Shown piece after piece: positions 24,511-35,016 of a stretch of DNA of 35,016 nucleotides (its first letter is position 1; every line of letters begins with the position of its first letter). This DNA comes from Octopus bimaculoides (Eukaryota). The DNA is taken from positions 20,104,411 to 20,139,426 of the forward strand of contig NC_068990.1 in assembly GCF_001194135.2 (NCBI RefSeq), read 5' to 3'. The notes beneath the pieces were generated by a model. It ran no database searches and was not told the DNA's origin. It saw only the letters and a list, made by a program, of their open reading frames with translations. A program made the position numbers and the translations under genes.

Positions 24511-25465
24511 TTAAAGCATACAGATATATTAAGTTTTGGTGATAGAAGTTATTCTATATTTCGATATGAAGGAATGAGTATATATGTGTTTGAAAAGTTC
24601 TTCAACATATGCATGCAGTACTGCTGGGTACCATCTTTGGATGTTATTTCAGCCTTTGAGAAACAATTGCTATTGAATAGGTGAAATAATATTCTAAAAT
24701 TGATTTTGCCAGATAGAGATAACGATTATCTAACTGCGATCTTGTTTCAAAGGGTACCTGAAGCAATAGTGTTAATGTGTTTGCTCCAGAAACATATGTT
24801 CAAGTTAGATCGTTTAATAATTTCAAAATCACATTTATCCTTATACTTCAAAAATACAACCAAAAGAGATGTTTTTGTGCGCACTAGGACAATAAATGAA
24901 TAATGTTTAACATAATTGAAGGTAGTTTGTGAAAGGTGATTGCTGGATAACATTTGTATAGAAGATGTCAAAATTAATGACTTGATGTCACAGAACAGAT
25001 ATGATTGCATTAGATATAGAAGCCTCCAAACCGAGGAGCGATTAAAGAAATATAAGTGGAATTAAAGAGTCATATACAGCCTTGATTACCAATAGGTAAG
25101 AAATCAACGTTGATATATTTCAAATATATTTCAAATATATTTCCGTGTTATATATCGGCAAAGTAAAATGAATAACCTCTAACCACTAACCATAACCTGA
25201 TGGATTAAATTCTGATCTCTGAAAAATAGACGTATTTTTCTGCTTGTCAGATTGTCAAGAATTCACAATAATTATATTAACTTGATTTAGAAAAGAATGA
25301 AGAATTAAGCCAACACAATTCACCATAAGGGAAATGACATGAAGGCCAGGATGCATAGATTGGAATTCAACTTCAGTTGCAGAAACATTATTTTATCTTC
25401 ATCCTTTATCATTTTATTGTCTAATTCGTCTGATTCCGTGTAATCTTAATCCCCTATAAGTCATC

Positions 25466-25675
25466 GAATTGGCAGAAACTTTGGCAAGTTGGGTGAAATG
25501 ATTAGCGGTATTTCTTCCGCTTTTAGGTTCTGAGTTCAAATTCCACCGAGATCGATTTTGCCTTCATCATTTCGGGGTCGATAAAACAAGCACCATTTGA
25601 GCATTGCACTGAGGTCAATGTAATCGATTTACCCACTGCAACGATTTTGCTGGCCTTGTGCCGAAATTTGAAACC
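25466..25675 (+). mobile_element. SINE type 1, full length
   Basis: ttggcagaaac A box, ttctgagttcaaattcc B box, tttcggggtcgataaaa core and gccttgtgccgaaatttgaaac tail. Confidence 0.9.
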
Positions 25676-25699
25676 AATATTAATCCACTATAATCCACT

Positions 25700-25903
25700 A
25701 GCTGGCAGAATCGTTGGCACGGCGACAAAATGCTTAGCGGTATTTTGTCTGTCCTTACGTTCTGTATTCAAAGTCCACCAAATTTCACTTTACAATTCAA
25801 TTGCTCGCGGTCGATAAAATTATTACCAGTTGAGCACCGGGATCAAGGCAATCTGCTTATCCTCTTGGCCGAAATTACTGGCCTTGTGCCAAAATTTGAA
25901 ACG
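25700..25903 (+). mobile_element. SINE type 1, full length, tandem with the previous copy
   Basis: agctggcagaatcgtt head through ggccttgtgccaaaatttgaaac tail. Confidence 0.9.
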
Positions 25904-25919
25904 AAAAATGTCAGTGCGT

Positions 25920-25975
25920 TAGCAGAATCTTTTGCACTCTGTGCCAAATGCTTAGCGGTATGTCATCCGCCATTG
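25920..25975 (+). mobile_element. SINE type 1 head fragment (third in tandem)
   Basis: tagcagaatc...aaatgcttagcggtat. Confidence 0.65.
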
Positions 25976-26005
25976 ATCAAAAAATAAATTTTGAGCTCTT
26001 CTACT

Positions 26006-26130
26006 TTCCACCTACTTTCCACCTACTCTACTTTACTCTACTTTACTCTACTTTACTCTACTTTACNNNNNNNNNNACTCTACTTTACTCTACTTTACTC
26101 TACTTTACTCTACTTTACTATACTCTGCTT
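26006..26130. repeat. 10-bp TACTCTACTT tandem with a 10-N gap
   Basis: Direct reading. Confidence 0.95.
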
Positions 26131-26800
26131 TCCACCTCCCTCGAACTTGAGTCAATATTCAAAGCCAATATTAATCTATGTCCACGTTTCTAGACTTTTG
26201 AGTTTTGCTAGTATGCTCAACTCCTTGTATCATTCCGTCTCCCAACACTCTAGAGTTACTGAAACAATTGTAACGGAAGGAGAGACAACTGAATAGAAAC
26301 GAAGAATTTCAGTTCTTTTTTAGCAGTCTAATTAAAAGAATCATCAAGTAAGGCAGAATTGTTTTAAAAACAATTAAAAGAAAATAGTTTTCTTCAAAAA
26401 TTTACCGTCTTTTGACATTTCCACCGTTACGCATGGCTGATATTTTTACTGATATCGCTCTTAGAAATTTCTTCAAAATTTCTTGAATCTCATCAACAGA
26501 AATTAGAACACACACAAACACACACACGCACGCACACACACAAACACACACGCGCGCGCGCACACACACAAACACACACACACATAATTCCACTTCTATA
26601 ATATACAAACTATTCTTTCTTGCCATTAACACAATTGTAATTGAATTATATCTCAGAAATTAAAACAAATTATAAAACCATTCTTGCGCATGGTGTGTGA
26701 AAATATATTCTTAGTGAAATCAAATTTGCTTTTTAATAGGTGAAAGGTATGAAAGACTTGGCTACAATTATTAGAGATTTTCACCGAAACTTTCTTCTAT

Positions 26801-27007
26801 TCTTTTACTTGTTTCAGTCGTTTGACTGCGGCCATGCTGGAGCACCGCCTTAAAAGATACCTTGTCGAAGAAATCAACATCAGGACATATTATTCGTAAG
26901 CCTTGTACTTCTATTGGTCTATTTTACCAAACTGCTTAGTTACCATGACGTAAACACACCACCATTGGTTGTCAAACGATGGTTGGGGCGGGGGAAAACA
27001 TACTCAT

Positions 27008-27053
<46 letters not shown>

Positions 27054-27146
27054 GGATTTAGTCCACTCGAGGCTATAGAAGTAGACACCCGCCGAAAGAG
27101 CCACACATATGATTTGGCAGCAAGCTTGTTACCACACAGCCACACC
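26801..27146 (-). mobile_element. SINE type 2 (CORE-like), diverged and deleted copy
   Basis: Same tail (tcttttacttgtttcagtc..ttgactgcggccatgctggagcaccgc) and head (accacacagccac) as 27150-27546. Confidence 0.85.
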
Positions 27147-27149
27147 TAC

Positions 27150-27546
27150 TCTTTTACTTGTTACAGTCATTTGACTATGGCCATGCTGGAACACCGCATT
27201 TCAGTCCAACAAATCGACCCCAGGACTTATTCTTTGGAAGCCTAGTACTTATTCTATCGGTTCTCTTTTGCCGAACCGCTAGGTTACGGGGACGTAAACA
27301 CACCAGCATCGGTTATCAAGCGATGTTAGGGGACAAACACAGACACACAAACATATACACACACATACATATGTACATATACATATATACGACGGGCTTC
27401 TTTCAGTTTCCGTCTACCAAATCCACTCATAAGGCATTGGTCGGCTCGAGACTATAGTAGAAGACACTTGCCCAGGATGCGACGCAGTGGAACTGAACCC
27501 GGAACCATGTGGTTTGTAAGCAAGCTACTTACCACACAGCCACTCC
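27150..27546 (-). mobile_element. SINE type 2, full length: tRNA head, CORE-like domain, internal microsatellite (octopus OR2-like)
   Basis: Minus strand ggagtggctgtgtggtaag (A box), gggttcagttcc (B box) and cctgggcaagtgtcttctac, which resembles the MIR/CORE ccttgggcaagtcactt motif. The OR2 name is from recall. Confidence 0.9.
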
Positions 27547-27870
27547 AAGGATTTAATTACTAATTTTAGAAAGGAATTATTTTAAATTCATTGTTGAATT
27601 TCGGAATGGTAATTTTTTCCCTTTTTGCCAAATCTTACAACACAAATTCAGAAACGCAGTTTAAATTCTTGATTCTAAAACATCTGATGTCGGTTAGCAG
27701 ACAAAGTGAACGGTACGGGTATACTTTGATACTATTAAACCGTGTCAGCAAAGTATATTTTACGGAAACTATTCCGTGAGTAAATATAAATATATACAAT
27801 TAGCGGAAGAGAAGTGATTGTCTTTGTGTTTAGAAATTGGCACAAGTAGATTGTCACCGAAGCGAAAAAT

Positions 27871-28082
27871 AATCCTTTCTGCTAAAAGCATGAGGCCTGA
27901 AATTTTGTGGGAGGGAATTAGTCGGTGACATCAACCCCAGTGTTTCACTGTTACTCAATTTATCGATCCCGAGAGGATGAAAGGCAAAGTCACCTCGTCA
28001 GAATTTGAACTCAAAACGTAAAGACGGACGAAATGCCGCGAAGCATTTTTTCCAGCGTGCTTACGATTTGGCCAGCTCTCGC
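27871..28082 (-). mobile_element. SINE type 1, alternative-tail subfamily
   Basis: Reverse complement gcgagagctggccaaatcg...ttttgagttcaaattc...ctttgcctttcatcctctcgggatcgataaa; tail reads like 29916-30129. Confidence 0.9.
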
Positions 28083-28090
28083 ATATAACT

Positions 28091-28264
28091 TCTTTCTACT
28101 AAAGGCACAAGACCCCAGTGTTTCACTGATACTTAATTCATCGACCCCGAAATAATGAAAGGTAAGTCGACTTCAACGAAAATTGAACTCAGATTGTAGC
28201 GACAGGCAACATACTGCTCGGCATTTCGTCCGGCATGCGAACGATTCTGCTAGCTCGCAGCCTT
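28091..28264 (-). mobile_element. SINE type 1, alternative tail, internal deletion
   Basis: Shares gaccccagtgtttcactg and ttgaactc with the adjacent copy; head aaggctgcgagctagcagaatcgtt. Confidence 0.85.
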
Positions 28265-29915
28265 AAACTCATGTAAGATAATGACATAAAATTTATTAAT
28301 ACAGATAGGTGCTGTTGTATGGAATGCTGTTCGAAGTCATGTATACTTCAAGCACATTCCCAGATTTCTGTTCGTATTTCTTTTTCAAACACATTTCTGT
28401 TTCACTTTTCTTCGCAAATATTTTGCAGTTGAGATGGAATCCATTAATTTTAGTAATATTTTCGGATTTCATATGTATGTATTTACTTCTTTACCTCTTT
28501 GTTATCTGGCGCCAATTTTGTCGAAGTGATATATGTATATGTGTGTGTATATGTGCGTCCATATACACGTGCATGTAGGTGTGCATGTACGTGTGTGTGT
28601 GTATGTATGTGTGTCTGTGTGTGTGTGTTTGACTTTCACAATTTTCACATTATCATTGTTCATAATTTTGGTGTTTAGGTTTTATTTATTGTTAGTATTA
28701 TCTAGTATGTACTATATTCGCAAGTGCTCTATTTCTAGGTGCCACATACTTTCGTTTTAATATTGTATCTTCGTAAATTAGATTTACTGTTTGTATCCAA
28801 AGTTACATCTAGACAGCAACTAGATTTTTTCCCCTTCAGTTATTACATATTTATAATGAATCTTGTTTTTGACGTACTGTGTAGTTGTTAAATACGCGAA
28901 TAATATGGAAACATATTTATCTCCTTCCGTTGTTTTGCTTGTTTTCTGTTATATTAGCAAGATTTGAGAAACATTGTACTTTATTTAGATTCTCATCTAT
29001 TTTACTGGCACGAGTTTATCATTTCCTAACAATGCGAAATTTTGAAACTTCCGTTTTTGTTTATGCTGTTTAATGTATAAAACTCAACGCATGCATTTTT
29101 TAGTCATAGCGAGAAACATTCGGTTTGTTTCATTTGGCATCGTTTTTGCTTTGTTTCGAGCTAAAATTGTACGCTGTTTATTTGATTTGTTGTATGTTAG
29201 TGAGGTTATACATAAAATAACTGCTAAAATCATCAGTAGAAAACTTACACATTAGACAACCACCTCCACAAAGAAAACTAAAACAATAACAAAAACAACA
29301 TTGATAATATCGTTTAATGCATTACTTACACACATATCCATCAGCAGTTTGTTCGTGGTTTGTTCGTTATTATTTCATGGATAGTAATGGATATTTCTCA
29401 AAGCTGTGAAGTAGGATTGTCTCTCATTATTCGGAGCAATTAAATTCACAGTTTTCTCATTACTCTTGTTATTCCACTTCGATCTCATTAATCTGATTAT
29501 TTTTTATGACTCTTCTTCCTTTTCTCTATTTTAGTATGAATTTACTAAAGTGAAACTAACGTCATAATAAACAAATAAATGTCGGTGTTATATTTGATTA
29601 CGTCCCTTTATTTTACACAGATTGAAAACAGGAAAAACACATAACAAACATGGACTGATAATAAATTTCATCCTTTGGAGTTCGAAGAGAAATTTTGTAT
29701 GCAAATCACTAAGGTCGATTTAAAATTGATTTTAAAGGTTTGTTACAAACGCCTGGCTTTATTCCAATGACAAAATTAAAATGCCTGTATTAGTAGCCTT
29801 GCATTTTTTTATTTTACCAGACTGTAGCAGAAAAATAAAGTATCAGCCAGCTACAGCGGTTCATTGGAAACTATTCCCACTTCCGCAACATTTCTGGTAT
29901 TATGCCGAAATTATT

Positions 29916-30129
29916 AAGGCGGCAGGCTGGCAGAAACGTTAGCACGCTGGATGAAGTGCTTAGCGGTATTTCGTCTGTCTTTACGCTCTGAGTTAAAATT
30001 ACACCGAGTTTGACTTTGCCTTTAATCCTTTCGAGGTCGATAAATTAAGTACCAGTTGCGTATTGCGGTCGATCTAATGGACTTCCACCCTCTCCCCAAA
30101 TTTCGGGGCTTTTGCCTAGAGTAGAAAAG
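29916..30129 (+). mobile_element. Full-length SINE type 1 with a 17-bp target-site duplication
   Basis: aaggcggcaggctggcagaaacgttagcacg head through gcctagagtagaaaag tail; ATTATGCCGAAATTATT at 29899-29915 and 30130-30146. Confidence 0.95.
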
Positions 30130-30168
30130 ATTATGCCGAAATTATTGTTATCACTTTATTTTATTGTT

Positions 30169-30235
30169 AAGGTGGCGAGCTGGCCGAACCATCAGCATGC
30201 CGGAGAGAATGCTTAATAATATTTTCGTTTGTCTT
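30169..30235 (+). mobile_element. SINE type 1 head, cut off by (TAA)n
   Basis: aaggtggcgagctggccgaacc...atgctt...ttcgtttgtctt. Confidence 0.75.
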
Positions 30236-30279
30236 GATAATAATAATAATAATAATGATAATAATGATAGTCATGAATG

Positions 30280-30640
30280 ATAGACAGAGGCAAAACGTGG
30301 TATGAGCACAAATACCAGAGAGTGAGGTAAGTCGGAGACCTGAAAATCTTCTAGGATTTTCCAGTCGAAAGAAATCATGTGCTAGAGCATAACAGACCAG
30401 AACTAGTGTTAGTGGACAAGATGCATCACATGTGCAATCTAGTTCATATTGCGTGCCCCTTTGACCTATGAATAGTCAAGAAACAAGGCGAAAAGATAGA
30501 TAGATCTTAAGTACGAAATAGCCCGGCTATGGAAAATGAAGAAGGTAAATATAGTGCCAATTATTGTTGGGTCATTGGGAACAGCATCAGGAGGCATCAA
30601 GAGGAATATAAAGGAAATTACAATAAAGTGCCCAGTAGAC
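30280..30640 (+). mobile_element. Dong/R4-clade restriction-like endonuclease (PD-(D/E)xK) fragment, inactivated
   Basis: Manual translation: KTWYEHK..LKIF*DF..LEHNRPELVLVDK..IACPFDL*IVKKQGEKIDR/DLKYEIARLWKMKKVNIVPIIVGSLG; matches the R4/Dong NRPD...D.ACP.D...KE.EK...Y.DLK.EI pattern. Confidence 0.88.
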
Positions 30641-30714
30641 CGGTTTGTCTCTTGGCACGGCCACAATAATCAGGAAGTATTAGAGAGGTGGGGCCCACTT
30701 AGAAATTTCCTCAC

Positions 30715-30996
30715 GTCGCGTAGCCCATCCCGATCAAAAGGACCCTGAATAAGGTTTATTTAGGGATGGTGAATGTAACACCCACGTTTCCAGAGGTGAA
30801 TTATCCAAACTCCAAAGAAATTCCCCTAAACACATGGCTATGATGCTCCCCCACTACTTGCCGTGATCAGAGATGCACATATTGTTAACCTCTAAGGGAC
30901 ATGCTCAACTAGGAAAGGTCAAGAAACTGACAAGCAAATCTGTGGTATGAAGCAAAATATTTGCTGTAGCCCATCGTTTATATCAAGACAAAGCAA
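30715..30996 (+). mobile_element. Unnamed interspersed repeat A, copy 3 (lacks the last ~70 bp)
   Basis: catggctatgatgctcccccactactt...gagatgcacat...gacaagcaaatctgtggta matches 1351-1570. Confidence 0.8.
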
Positions 30997-31070
30997 TTAT
31001 TATTATTATTATTGTTGTTGTTGTTGCTGTGGTTTCTTTGTTGTTATTATTGTTGTTTTTGTTTTTGTTG

Positions 31071-31110
<40 letters not shown>
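30996..31110. repeat. (TTA)/(TTG)n compound microsatellite
   Basis: Direct reading. Confidence 0.95.
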
Positions 31111-31113
<3 letters not shown>

Positions 31114-31489
31114 TACCTTTGTTACCAATATTAATTGTGTTGCAGGGGCTGCTGTCGTCGTCGTCATCATTATCATCGTGGTCAACACCCTTCCACTTTC
31201 GGTTATTTAGTGCAATCTTTTGTGGAATTATTCCATGTAACGTAAGGCAAAAATAGGTGAGTGAGTACATTTTTCAAAACTTTTGATCTCCCTGCTCCAT
31301 TGAACATTAACCATCACAATGAATCCCCACAAAAACTTTCTTTTGCTTGCAAACACAATTTTGATTCATATGTAATGTAAAATTTACAAAGACACGTTTG
31401 ATACATACATGATATAACGATCAAGACATTGCTGTTTACATGATATACATTTGCAATTATAACATTATCTTAAGTGTCAACTATATATA

Positions 31490-31490
31490 T

Positions 31491-31555
<65 letters not shown>

Positions 31556-31830
31556 CAAGCAAATAGATAGATAGCTATATAGATAGAGAGATTGATAAAT
31601 AGGTAGATACATACAGACATGATATAAAATATACATACATACATATAATGATAAAATTTTGATCAAATGCGTTACTGAATATTGATTTCTAAGAAGTTAC
31701 ATACATACATATGTACATACATGCATAAATAGATGCATACATCCACCACCCCCATATATATATATATATATATATATAAATACACACGCACACACGCATA
31801 TACACACTAACACACACACACACCTATATA
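31490..31830. repeat. (GATA)n followed by degenerate TA/CA/TACA repeats
   Basis: Direct reading. Confidence 0.92.
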
Positions 31831-32289
31831 TAATCTGTAAGAGCACATGTATATGAATGTAAGTGAATTGGGAAACGTGAATATTTATGGAATGTCATAT
31901 TGATATACAAGTACTCTTGACTTTATTGTTAAAAGGATAGAACTCTTCAATGTTTGAGTGCAGTGGTAATCTGTATTAATCTTGAATTCTTTGGAAGGAA
32001 GGCAGTTTAGGTAGAATGTTGTTAGTCTTTCTCACAGGCATTTTTTATGATACCTAATCGCACTCTGATGAATGAGATTACTTGGGTTTTAATATACTAC
32101 ACATTCTCTATATGTAAATCTTTGTACATATATTTAAATTTTGTTTCTTATCAGTGTATTGAATATATATTATGTGTAGTTATAATCATTCATGACAGAA
32201 GTAAATTGAAGGAAAGACTGCAGAATCTTCCATCCTCCTTGCTAAAAGATCTTACTGTCACAGTATGGAGAAGGCTAAAGAACGTGAAC

Positions 32290-32660
32290 TGTATCCGGAA
32301 ACCGGAAGTAATGGATGAACGAGACTGGTCAACAGAGGGAGTAGAGATGGAAGTGAAAGAAGAATGAGAATCGGGAGCGGAACATTTCTGAATTCTAAGT
32401 GTTCTGCGCTTAGAGCAACGAGGAAGCGTAGATATGATAGCCTGTCATCTTGAAAGATTCTGCGGCCTATTCTGATTTTCCCAATTTGACGTCACCAACC
32501 TCTTCATTTCTACGTCACAGGTATTTTCAAACTACTTCAACTTTGGAATACTGGCTTCAAAAATCTGATAGTAGTTTCCTAGGGTTTTTCGCGAGCTATG
32601 CTCGTCAATTCACAAGACCTCCTCTGTTCTCTTATGTTGAAGTCGCAGCCTCTATCTGCG
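32290..32660. promoter_or_regulatory. Promoter-like region (tandem ETS, CCAAT, CRE)
   Basis: CCGGAA 32295-32300, ACCGGAAGT 32301-32309, CCAAT 32481-32485, TGACGTCA 32487-32494, TACGTCA ~32511, raised CpG, and a possible donor ACAG|GTATTT at 32520/32521. Confidence 0.4.
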
Positions 32661-33359
32661 ATGACTAGTTAGTCATTGCCTATTATAATATTTCAGATTT
32701 AAAGATTCGTCCCATTCGTCTGTAGTTCGTTAATTCAACTTTCTCATTTAATAATGTTGTTTTAGTTTAGACACTGCTCGGAAGAGACGGGAATTTTTGT
32801 TTGGGGTGAGATATTTGATGTGATACTGGTTTTGAACTACGCGTTACATTGTTTCTGTAAGCTGACCACAATAAACTCTTACAATTTTGGAACAATTATC
32901 AATCGAATATAAGCACTGAAATGATGGTGAGACATCTGACTCCTCAGATTCTTTTAGGACCAACTTTTCTAATCCGCGAATAGGATATAGTTAAAATATA
33001 ATTAACTGAAGAAAAAGAAGCTCAAAAACAATAAATCGAAATGTCAATTGTCTCAAAGTCTATCCAAGATGTTACGTAATCCACAAATAGCCCCAGTATG
33101 TCATCTAAATAGCATCATCTCAATATAGTATGACATTTTAGCTACAGCACTATACAGCATTATTCGCAGTTGAGGTTGTTTGGTCTGACTTTTATATCGC
33201 ATGGTTCTGATGTTTAGTTTATTCATGCTTTTCAAAACAAGGAATATTGGTTTCTAGATAATAAACAAAGTTTCCTCACTGGATTTTATGGAATACCAAC
33301 AGAATATTTCTGATATTGCTTTACATATTTTCACCGGTCGGCGTATAAATTACATACAT

Positions 33360-33431
33360 TCATACAAGCATACGGACACACACAGTCACACACAGACACA
33401 CACAAACAGATAGCTGTGTGTGTGTGTGTGC

Positions 33432-33465
<34 letters not shown>
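33360..33465. repeat. (CA)/(TG)/(TA)n microsatellite
   Basis: Direct reading. Confidence 0.93.
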
Positions 33466-33467
<2 letters not shown>

Positions 33468-33636
33468 GAGAATATACAAATAATAACAACAGACGAGGAC
33501 AGGTGGTGTAAATAACAAAATGATGTATTAGTATGACGCTCGGGAATACGGAAAGTCTTTGACGTTTCGAGCTACGCTCTTCAACAGAAAGAATACGGAG
33601 ACAAGGAGAAAAACACGGAGAAAAAAAATTGAATAG
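33466..33636 (-). mobile_element. Possible Penelope-like terminal-repeat fragment between (TA)n and an N gap
   Basis: Inferred only from the hammerhead-like motif and the (TA)n-adjacent position; no coding remnant is visible and the gap hides the rest. Confidence 0.35.
33556..33592 (-). ncRNA. Minimal type I hammerhead-ribozyme-like motif (Penelope-type), non-canonical core
   Basis: Minus strand TCTTT-CTGTTGA-A-GAGC-GTA-GCTC-GAAAC-GTC-AAAGA gives a 5-bp stem I, a 4-bp stem II hairpin, palindromic ACGT stem III and a GUC cleavage triplet. It deviates at A6 (U) and has one extra A before stem II. Confidence 0.5.
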
Positions 33637-34988
33637 NNNNNNNNNNNNNNNNNNNNNNNNNNNNNNNNNNNNNNNNNNNNNNNNNNNNNNNNNNNNNNNN
33701 NNNNNNNNNNNNNNNNNNNNNNNNNNNNNNNNNNNNNNNNNNNNNNNNNNNNNNNNNNNNNNNNNNNNNNNNNNNNNNNNNNNNNNNNNNNNNNNNNNNN
33801 NNNNNNNNNNNNNNNNNNNNNNNNNNNNNNNNNNNNNNNNNNNNNNNNNNNNNNNNNNNNNNNNNNNNNNNNNNNNNNNNNNNNNNNNNNNNNNNNNNNN
33901 NNNNNNNNNNNNNNNNNNNNNNNNNNNNNNNNNNNNNNNNNNNNNNNNNNGTTCCTTTCAAACCACTCATAAAACTTCGAGTATAACTGATCTGATACAA
34001 ATATTTGAAAGGGAAAACAAAACTACATAGCATTTGTCTGAATCAGCTGCCCAACAGATGTGAACATTTCATTTAAAATTACTGGAGAAGATAACAAGTA
34101 TGAACAACTGCTCTATCATGCAATTTATCTACTCTTAATATAAATTTACATTAGAAGTTGCAATCATTGATCCGTGTGGTTTTGCTACTAAATATTAGTA
34201 ATAATCTGTAAAATCTGCTGTATTCATGCCAAGATAGTGACCATATATACGCGAGTATGTAATTTATATGCAGACCACTGAAAATATGTAAAAACAATAT
34301 CTGAAATATTCCACTGCTGTTGTTATTCGATAAACTCCAGTGACGGAGTTTGTTTATTGTCTGGGAACAGGTCATTTGCTATAGCATGAAATTCAATGGA
34401 GCATTAGCGAAAGAGATTTATATATTATATAACATATCCATATACATTCAAAAGAACGAGTTTCTATATCCATATATATATGCATGCACATACATATACG
34501 TATACACGCGTGCACCTGCGCACAGTGCACATCCACTTATGCAACAGCTGTCAACTTGTGTCTTATGGGGATCATTACTGCCTCCTGAAATAATTGTGTT
34601 TCCTACAGTGGCTCATTAATTGCAAAATACAATTAAACGTCTTTGAGCTGTCATTACTAACAATGCTATGCGTCTGAATAAAAGTGCACAGATGCATATT
34701 CCAAGCTATATTAATGCGATTTAAGAACTTATGAGATTCGAATTGTTCTTATATGTTTTACATAATGCAGTATATTTTGGTGAACATGATGCCATCAATT
34801 TTTTGCTCGATTAGATGTTTATGTTGGTGACTATTAAGCGCAGCGCACGAAATACGCGGGAACAAGGATATTGCTGAGCAGGGGTTTTTTCTCAATTTTT
34901 GATGTTTTTAGTTTTCTTATATTTCCTCTAATTCCGATGTACGAAACGCTTTTTTTTAAAAATATCTGCCTCGTTCTCATATATATGC

Positions 34989-35016
34989 ATGTGTGTGTGT
35001 GTGTGTGTGTGTGTGT
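34989..35016. repeat. (TG)n microsatellite
   Basis: Direct reading. Confidence 0.97.

Noticed and set aside
32996-33050. CTGAAGA...GAAATGTC as a possible hammerhead
   Set aside because: No stem II pairing and a mismatch at the first stem I pair.

Overview
AT-rich, microsatellite-dense eukaryotic scaffold with six N gaps. It is very probably octopus (coleoid cephalopod) intronic/intergenic DNA, inferred from the SINE families and repeat style. No host protein-coding gene is recognisable, and nearly all long ORFs in the track are microsatellite translations. What can be supported: about 17 tRNA-derived SINE copies of at least three types, three degenerate fragments of Dong/R4-clade non-LTR retrotransposons sitting in (TAA)n arrays, two unnamed (TAA/ATT)n-tailed interspersed repeats, a ~655-bp tandem repeat, two promoter-like ETS/CRE motif clusters and a few speculative exons. 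The most interesting signals are a Penelope-type minimal hammerhead-ribozyme-like motif (33556-33592, minus strand), a second truncated one (9288-9320), and the 655-bp tandem array, whose units carry hammerhead core words. All family assignments come from recalled motifs, not from database searches.
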